Assembly: GCF_006345805.1 (NCBI RefSeq)
Contig: NC_043007.1
Coordinates: 46,748,001-46,812,000 of the forward strand
Source: Octopus sinensis
Taxonomy: Eukaryota
Length of the DNA: 64,000 nt
Direction: 5' to 3'
A program made the translations under genes and the position numbers. Shown here piece after piece: positions 55,795 through 64,000 of this stretch (position 1 is the first letter of the stretch; each line of letters opens with the position of its first letter). A model generated the notes under the pieces. That model did not search any database and had not been told where the DNA came from. It was given only the letters and a program-made list of their open reading frames with translations.

Positions 55795-55860
55795 TAATAA
55801 TAATAATAACAACAACAACAACAACAATAATAATAATAATAAAAATAATAATAATTAATA
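55420..55860. repeat. (TAA)n microsatellite, ~440 bp, with TGA/CAA variants
   Basis: Direct reading; 5' flank of Dong copy D. Confidence 0.98.
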
Positions 55861-55864
55861 TATT

Positions 55865-56881
<1,017 letters not shown>

Positions 56882-57255
56882 AAGAAAAAGTAGAAGATAT
56901 TTTCCCAGTGATCTAACATATTAACGTACATATGCACACAAAAGGTATAAACACAAGTAGATACACAGGCAACGGTTTTTAAAAAAATATATTAACATGC
57001 ACACACATATACATTATTGCTATCTTGAGTCTAATGATAATCACCCGATCGATTATGACTTGGTCTTTTTTGTGTCTAATTCTCATCCAGAAGAAACATT
57101 CAACTCGCTGTTTCAAGATCCAATTTTTGATTTATTAATTTCTAATTGAATGAGTTTTGTACGGAAACGATTGTAGATTACTGAGAAGTTTTACAATATG
57201 TAAATAAATTGTATTTTATCAATTAAAATTCTCCATTTTATCTTAATCATATATA

Positions 57256-57286
<31 letters not shown>

Positions 57287-57334
57287 TTGTATGCATGTAT
57301 GTATGTATGTTGTATGTATGTATGTATGTATGTG

Positions 57335-57386
<52 letters not shown>

Positions 57387-57795
57387 CTATATTGGAAATC
57401 TACAATCGTTCCATAACTCCCGTCTCGGCTATATCCTTGGAGCCCTGGTAATCCCTCACAGCATTTACCCAGCGTACCCAGTTGTTTAGATCACCTGTGA
57501 ACTAAACACCAATATTTTGTATATGCACATACACACTTACACGCACACACAATTTCAAATAGAGTAAGCCACACATCATATTCATCTATCTATATATTTA
57601 TCTCTCCCTCTTTCTGTCTTTCTTTCTTTCTGTCTGTCTTTCCCTCTCTCTCTCTCTATCTCTCTCTCTCTCTCTCTCTCCCTTTCTCCACACACACATA
57701 CATACATGCAGATGTCTTGAATTTAGTTCATTATACTATGTCACATGGCAATATGCTTCCAGACCTCTCCAGTAAATATCTAACTCCGTTTGTAC

Positions 57796-57865
<70 letters not shown>

Positions 57866-58115
57866 AAATATTAGGGAATAAATCCAAACTTACAGGGAAA
57901 AATCAGATTTAGGATTGAATCCAATTTTATAGTAAAATATTATATTATTAGAGACAAAACCACTATTAGGCAAATCAAATTTTATAGTAAAATATTATAT
58001 TATTAGAGACAAAACCACTATTAGGCAAATCAAACAATGAAAGACTTAAGCCAATACATATGATTAATTTATATTATTTAAATATGTAACAATTATTAAA
58101 AAATATAATTAATAT

Positions 58116-58178
58116 CCACTACGCTCGTTTCCTGCCTGCTGTCTTTAAATTTTTGAGTCGCAGTCATTCATCAGGTGG
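58116..58178 (-). ncRNA. Inverted twin of the 58237 hammerhead
   Basis: Reverse complement reads CCAC CTGATGA ATGACTGC...GCAGGCAG GAAA C-GAGC-G TA GTGG. Confidence 0.7.
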
Positions 58179-58236
58179 TTTCAAAATTTTTGTTGGCGAG
58201 TTTTAAACAATGAACTCGCCAAGAAAAATTTTGAAA

Positions 58237-58299
58237 CCACCTGATGAATGACTGCGACTTAAAAATTTAAAGACAGCAGGCAGGAAACGATCGTAGTGG
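58237..58299 (+). ncRNA. Minimal type I hammerhead ribozyme
   Basis: CCAC [CTGATGA] ATGACTGC...GCAGGCAG [GAAA] C-GATC-G [TA] GTGG. Core intact, palindromic stem III loop, GUA cleavage after 58295; base of stem II imperfect (A-G). Confidence 0.75.
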
Positions 58300-58727
58300 A
58301 TATTAACTTGTGGATTTAGCGATAAAGCATATTTATATATATACGTAAATACCAAACAATGAGCGTGATTGTTCAACACCGCATTCGTGGATAAAGATAT
58401 GTTCTTGTTGCTTGAAGTCTACCATTGTTATTATGTTAAGAAGTATCTCAGCAAGTCTACAGCCCCATCACATAGCCAAATTGCTTTTTCTGTCTATTTT
58501 GGGCACGAACACCGGTTTGTGTATATGAACGTCTTGAAGATTTTTTTACATATATCTTAACATGCAAGCAATTGTAGTCTTGATACACACACATGCACGA
58601 GGCTAGCATTTTACATATTCTTTTGCAAGTAAACTGTAAAAGAGTAAATATATTTTCAACAGCAATTATTGTGTAATCATTCAGTTTCCGGCGAAAATTG
58701 TTTTTGTTTTAATTCGACTTAAAACAA

Positions 58728-58764
<37 letters not shown>

Positions 58765-58807
58765 TGTTTGTTTGTGTGTCTATATGTGGTGCGTGTGTGT
58801 GTGTGAT

Positions 58808-59190
58808 GGTGCAATGGCCCAGTGGTTAGGGCAGCGGACACGCGGTCGTAGGATTGCGGTTCGATTCTCAGACCGGGCGTTGTGAGAGTTTATTGAGGGA
58901 AAACACATAAAGCACCACGAGACCCCGGCAGGGGGTGAGGTGAACCCTGCTGTACTCTTTCACTACAACTTTCTCTCACTCTTTCTTCTTGTTTCTGTTG
59001 TACCTGTATTTCAAAGGCCCCAGCCTTGTCACACTCCGTTTCACGCTGAATCTCCCTGAGATCTACGTTAAAGGTACAAGTGTCTGTGGAGGGCTCAGCC
59101 GCTTGCACGTTAATTTCACGAGGAGCTATTTCCATAATCAAATCAACTGGAACCCTTGTCATCATAACCGACGGAGTACCACGATGCATG
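58808..59190 (+). mobile_element. tRNA-derived SINE of another family
   Basis: A box TGGCCCAGTGGTTAG and B box GGTTCGATTCT, followed by ~300 bp of non-tRNA body and then microsatellite. Confidence 0.75.
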
Positions 59191-59259
59191 CATAAAAACA
59201 GATGTATCAATCTATCTCTTTGTCTGTCTGTCTGTCTGCCTCTCTCTCTCCCTCTCCAC

Positions 59260-59354
<95 letters not shown>

Positions 59355-60056
59355 TATATATATATAATATATCGGTGGGTTTTCGCGTAGTATTGGGAGG
59401 AAGCAAATAAGACAGTATCTTCGTGCTTCAAAATATAATACCTGAATGATTTTCAATTATATTTCAAAGAAGTGTATTTTATTTTTTTAGATCCAGTAAC
59501 TTAAGATATTTATTCCAAATTCTATTTATAACCTAATTCCGTTTCATCTCCGTTCTGATTAGCTGTATTTTTTCTTCTGTAAAATCGATAACTTTATTTG
59601 CATTAATCTTACTACCATCTGCATAAATACGCCATTACAGAGACATATACATATTTGCTTTAACAGTTTCAATGTGCAATACCAGAAATAAATAAAGTAG
59701 ACACGAGATTGTAAGTTTATTTTTTCTGTATTAGTGTCTGTTTAACCCAACTTGCACTCTTTCAATGTGTGTACACAGGACTTGAGATAACGGAGACGCA
59801 GGACATGAGATAAAACTAAATGTGCATGCAAGAACTGTCCCACCAAATACATCATACGAAACCAATGCCTGTCAAAATACGCATTATATTTATTCAAATA
59901 CTTGACAACTTGATATAATTGGACCTTTGTATCAGTGAGCCACATGAACAGTACATCTGACTTCCTACTTGTCGTACGTTTTTTCCTTTAAAGATTACTA
60001 TGACTGTACAACAACTGGACTCCTATACTGGATTTATATAAACATATTCGACTCAC

Positions 60057-60116
60057 CGACACGTTGCATTCTGGTATATCGGCGTACCAGCATGTTGAAT
60101 TTCCCAACAGTGGTTC
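60057..60116 (-). CDS. Candidate 60-nt exon
   Basis: GC-richer island with donor TCG|GTGAGT and a weak acceptor (aaaatgtttAG). All three frames are open, so no product can be assigned. Confidence 0.3.
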
Positions 60117-61832
60117 CTAAACATTTTATTTAAGAGTTTGCCCGCGGTCACCTTTTATTATGCTCCTCCTTATATAGATATCCTTAAATATTATGAACAT
60201 TTAAATTTAGTTCATGGACATCTAGTTCTGCCTTTGCGAACTGTAGGGCCTAGACATGCACCGATTGGCAAAATAATTGTTTGCTGATAAGTGCTTATAT
60301 CGGCCAACCATTGCAAAAATAATGGTTATTTACTTCGTTTCCATCGTGATCTTTCAACGATTATACGCATATTTCGTCTCCGATGACCAGTATATTTTGC
60401 ATCTGATCCTCCCGAGACCTGATAAGAATAAATATGCGAACAATAATGCCAGGGCTTAGGGTACACTTAGGAAATAACGAATCTCACTCTCCCTCTCTCT
60501 TTCTCTTTCTCTCTCTCTAAATTTATATAAATAAAAAACAGCAGTTCTTGACGGATTATCAAAAAAATTGTTTAAATTAATAAAGAGCTCCGCGTAATTT
60601 GTGGCAGGGTCCGAGATTATAGTTCATCACCATTCTATATCGTAAATCCATCGCTGTGTTCCAGTGATACTGTTTTTCTTTTACACATAATGATATACAA
60701 GTCAAAGCATAGATAATCGTCATTATATATTTTTCTTTATTTTAGTAAATTTGACTTACATTTGTTTCCAATAGTCGTTATAGATTCCTTATTGATTGGT
60801 TTATTCAAACAGCCCAACTATTTGTTAAAAAAAATTGAACAACCTACAAAGTTAATACTACTATTCGTAGAGTCATTTCTGGCTATGACCAAGCAGAACA
60901 CTGAAGTAATGCTACACGACAAGTAGCAATAAGTATAAAGGATTTGGTTTTAACTACATATTTCGCCCTCTATGTCCAAAGCTAGCAAAGGTAGTCTTAA
61001 CTTTCAAGGTGGTTCAATTTTATTCAACCGATCCATGAGCCGATTGAGTAAGACTGTCAATAACAAACCTATAAGAACTACTGGAAACCGCTGTAATTCA
61101 ATTTAACTATAATACAGAAAACAAATGACCATTATTTATGGCTTTATATACATATATATATGTATTTGTGTGTGCGTGCGCATGTGTGTGTCTTGTTTGT
61201 GTGTGTATATGTGTATATATATATATTGTTTTAATTAAGACCGCTACTAGGCTAATACAATGGTCCAATAGTATAGAAGTCGTAGACTGGTTTAAAGCCA
61301 TTAAGAATAAGAAAAAAAGCGAGGTTTACACAATTCGATATTGTTGATTTTTATGCCTCTATCTCTAAAGAACTGCTAGATAAAGCCCTCGTCTTCGCTA
61401 GCGATTTCATAGAAATCAGTACACATGATAAGGACATAATCTTCCATGCTAGAAAGACCTTACCTTTCAGTGAGAACGCAAAGTGGGTCAAAAATACCGA
61501 CACAGAGGGTGCTTTCGATGTGAGCATGGGGTCATATGATGGAGCAGGCATTTGCGATCTTATTGGATTTTTTCTACTAGATACTTTAGGTAAAACATTT
61601 CCTGACGTATATTTCGCTATCTACAAAGATGATGCCCTCGCTTTAACTGCTAATACAAATGGACCAGCACAGGATCGTTTTAGGAAGGATATTATCCAAT
61701 TAATGAAATACTTCGGACTTAGTATAACTATAGATACTAACCTGACGGTTGTCAATTTCTTAGACGTTTCCTTAGATCTAAATAAGAATATGTATAATCC
61801 TTATAGGAAGCCCAATGATAGGCTTAGTTATA

Positions 61833-61961
61833 CAGGGTGTCCCAAAAAATGTATACACACCTTAAATAATTGTAAATTTGTTATTCTTTGTAAGCCTAGT
61901 TCTTATTCTATCGTTCTCTTTTGCCGAACCACTATGTGTATACATTTTTTTGGGACACCCT
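61833..61961. mobile_element. 129-bp Tc1/mariner-type MITE inserted in the PLE RT
   Basis: TIRs CAGGGTGTCCCAAAAAATGTATACACA / TGTGTATACATTTTTTGGGACACCCTG with TA duplication. Removing it restores the RT reading RLSYINV. Confidence 0.95.
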
Positions 61962-63506
61962 GTATTAATGTAGGTTCATGCCATTCCCCTATAGTATTCA
62001 AAAATTTAGTTTAAAATTTAGTTTTTCCTCTTCTTTAGTAAAGAAGAGGAAAAATAGAAATAGAAAGATCATCTGGTTTACACCCCATTACTCAACCGAG
62101 GTGACCTTCAATATAAGTATATATTTCTTAACACTGATAGATAGACATTTTCCAGTTAACCATACCTATAGGAAACTCTTCAATAAACAATTTAAAAATT
62201 AGTTTTAGTTCAACTACCAATTTTAAAAATATAATCACACAAAACACACAAAAACCACAACAAGAAAACAGGTGTTCATGCAGGAATAAAAAATTGTGTC
62301 CCCTAAATGGAGCTTGCATGTCCGAGATCATCATCTATGAAGCTGCCGTGGATTCTATAACCACTAAAGACACCATTTCGACGGAGAAATACGTAGGCCT
62401 TACAGAGGGTAATTTCAAGGACAGGTTCAATAACCACACCTTGAGTTTTAGGCACTGGAACAAAAGAAAAGCGACACAATTTTCTAATCATATTTGGTCT
62501 TTAAAAGATAAAGGTATCGATTATAACATCCATTGGAAGATTTTGGCCAAATGTAAGCCCTACACCAACGGCAGCAGAAAGTGCGGTCTATGCAGCATGG
62601 AGAGATGGCTATCTGGAAAAGCAGCTTAGACCCTACTACATGTCTAAACTCAAGGACAGAACTTGTCGGATCATGCCCACATGTGACAAATTTTTGGTTA
62701 CGTTTTTGGTCCCCTTAAGAAAACAGATAGAACTTGCTTTCTATATTATGTCCCAAAAAGTTTTTTATCTCATTATACTTTTTATTATTTCATATATTTT
62801 TATATTTTCACACATAATAAATTTTTCTGTACTCTTCCATCCTGCATTTTTTCCTGTGTCTATATAGACGTGTATATAGATTCATTTGTACACGTGTGTG
62901 AATATGTATGAGTGGATAGTTTTAGATGTGTGCGTGTGTGCGGGCATAAGAATGCATATATATATAGACGTTTTTACTTAGTATTTTTTAGGTTTTTTTT
63001 AGGGTTTTATTTTTTGGGGGGGGGCATATATATATTCATTTCTTGTATATGCGTGTGTGTGTATGCGTATATAAACATGTGCGGGTATGTACATATACGG
63101 GCGTGTGTATGTAAGAGTGCATAAGGGCATGTCTGTATATGAACGTGGTTTTTATGCTTTGTATACTTCCTTATGTTTTTTTCTGTTACCTTTAACCATG
63201 GTTTTTCTTGCGCTTGTGCGTATATAGACGTATGTATGAACTTTTACGGTACGCGTGTGTGTGTGTGTATGAGTTTGTATATATATGCGTATATATTTGG
63301 CGAAAAATGCGAGTGAAGATGTGTACGCTTTCATAGTAACGTATAATTACGCACGTGGGTCCGCGAGCGCATATTTGAGCGTATGACTAGCCATGTTTAC
63401 GTGTTTACTATGAACTTTTAATCTTAATGTATATAATTAGCAGAATTATAACACAGTAATTTCCCTTTATATAACGGTATTTTTTCATAACATTTTTCAG
63501 ATGGCC

Positions 63507-63566
63507 AGATAACCGAAGAGATATTGTGGATTTCCACTGCGGCATCTGAAACTCAGAGTTTTATCT
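63507..63566 (+). ncRNA. Type I hammerhead ribozyme, degenerate
   Basis: AGATAA [CCGAAGA] GAT...ATCT [GAAA] CT-CAG-AG [TT] TTATCT. Stem I is 6 bp; U4C change and shifted stem II. Lies downstream of the PLE ORF. Confidence 0.5.
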
Positions 63567-63664
63567 TGACTATTGCGTAATTGTAGCATATTATTTTATA
63601 GATAAATTTCCTCTATTTACATAATATTGAGGTCTCTTTCTTTCTTTTGTTATCTTACCGTTTT

Positions 63665-63731
<67 letters not shown>

Positions 63732-64000
63732 TAGAAATGAAAGTATTAAAAGTGAAACTATTAACATACATGCAATCATGTATATATACACATAGTGAAA
63801 CTAATGTAAATAAAGCTATTAAAAAGTGAAACTATTTAATGTAAAACCGTTTAAAAGTGAAAATTATTATATCACATTATAATAGAGATGTTATTGCTTG
63901 ACTTTTCACACGTAATGCCGAAACTGTAAAAGAGATGGCTCCAGCCTCGCATTATGGAAGGAGTCGAATTTTGTTACCTCATGACACTCCATGGACCCTA

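Larger units (their letters stand above)
57860..58320. mobile_element. PLE-type terminal unit with 55-bp tandem duplication and inverted twin hammerheads
   Basis: Tandem copy at 57923-58034 and near-perfect inverted repeat at 58109-58306, flanked by (TA)n. Confidence 0.75.
61330..63570 (+). mobile_element. Penelope-like element: RT, GIY-YIG endonuclease and 3' terminal region, decayed
   Basis: DIVDFYASISKELL, FDVSMGSYDGAGICDLIG, IYKDD, VNFLD, YRKP, RKIIWF.P.YS, CSCRNKKLCPLNGAC, YVGLTEGNFKDRFNNH, CGLC. Confidence 0.92.

Noticed and set aside
58808-58885. Possible tRNA gene
   Set aside because: A and B boxes are present, but there is no proper acceptor stem or oligo-T terminator, and it continues into a SINE body.
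61330-62630. Possible selenocysteine-recoding (Naiad-type) PLE
   Set aside because: The cysteine motifs inspected (CSC..LC..C, CGLC) use TGT/TGC; no in-frame TGA was seen at those positions.

Overview
AT-rich, repeat-dominated animal nuclear DNA. The repeat families and the dense (TA)n/(TAA)n/(GATA)n microsatellites suggest a cephalopod, probably Octopus (inference, not database-checked). No rRNA, genuine tRNA, CRISPR array or prokaryotic operon was found. Most ORFs in the supplied track are microsatellite read-through or transposon debris. Recognisable content: (1) DNA transposon remnants: Tigger/pogo, Tc1, several mariner/maT (one full-length DD37D copy with TIRs and TA target duplication) and a 129-bp MITE. 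(2) One RTE LINE fragment. (3) A cluster of R4/Dong-type retrotransposons with restriction-like endonuclease (REL) in (TAA)n tracts at 13.9-21.6 kb, plus one at 55.9-56.8 kb; one copy keeps an uninterrupted 521-codon frame. (4) Many Penelope-like element (PLE) fragments and tRNA-type SINEs. (5) A few candidate exons of unidentified host gene(s), the best on the minus strand at 28375-28544. The most notable signal is a set of minimal type I hammerhead ribozymes (HHRs) in short non-coding PLE-derived units, several arranged as fold-back inverted repeats. One HHR is fully canonical (5407-5476), its diverged relative shows compensatory stem changes (33367-33444), and one locus holds an inverted twin pair (58109-58306). 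Local templated inverted duplications recur across the window. Boundaries of old repeats are approximate; TIR, HHR and exon coordinates were counted by hand.
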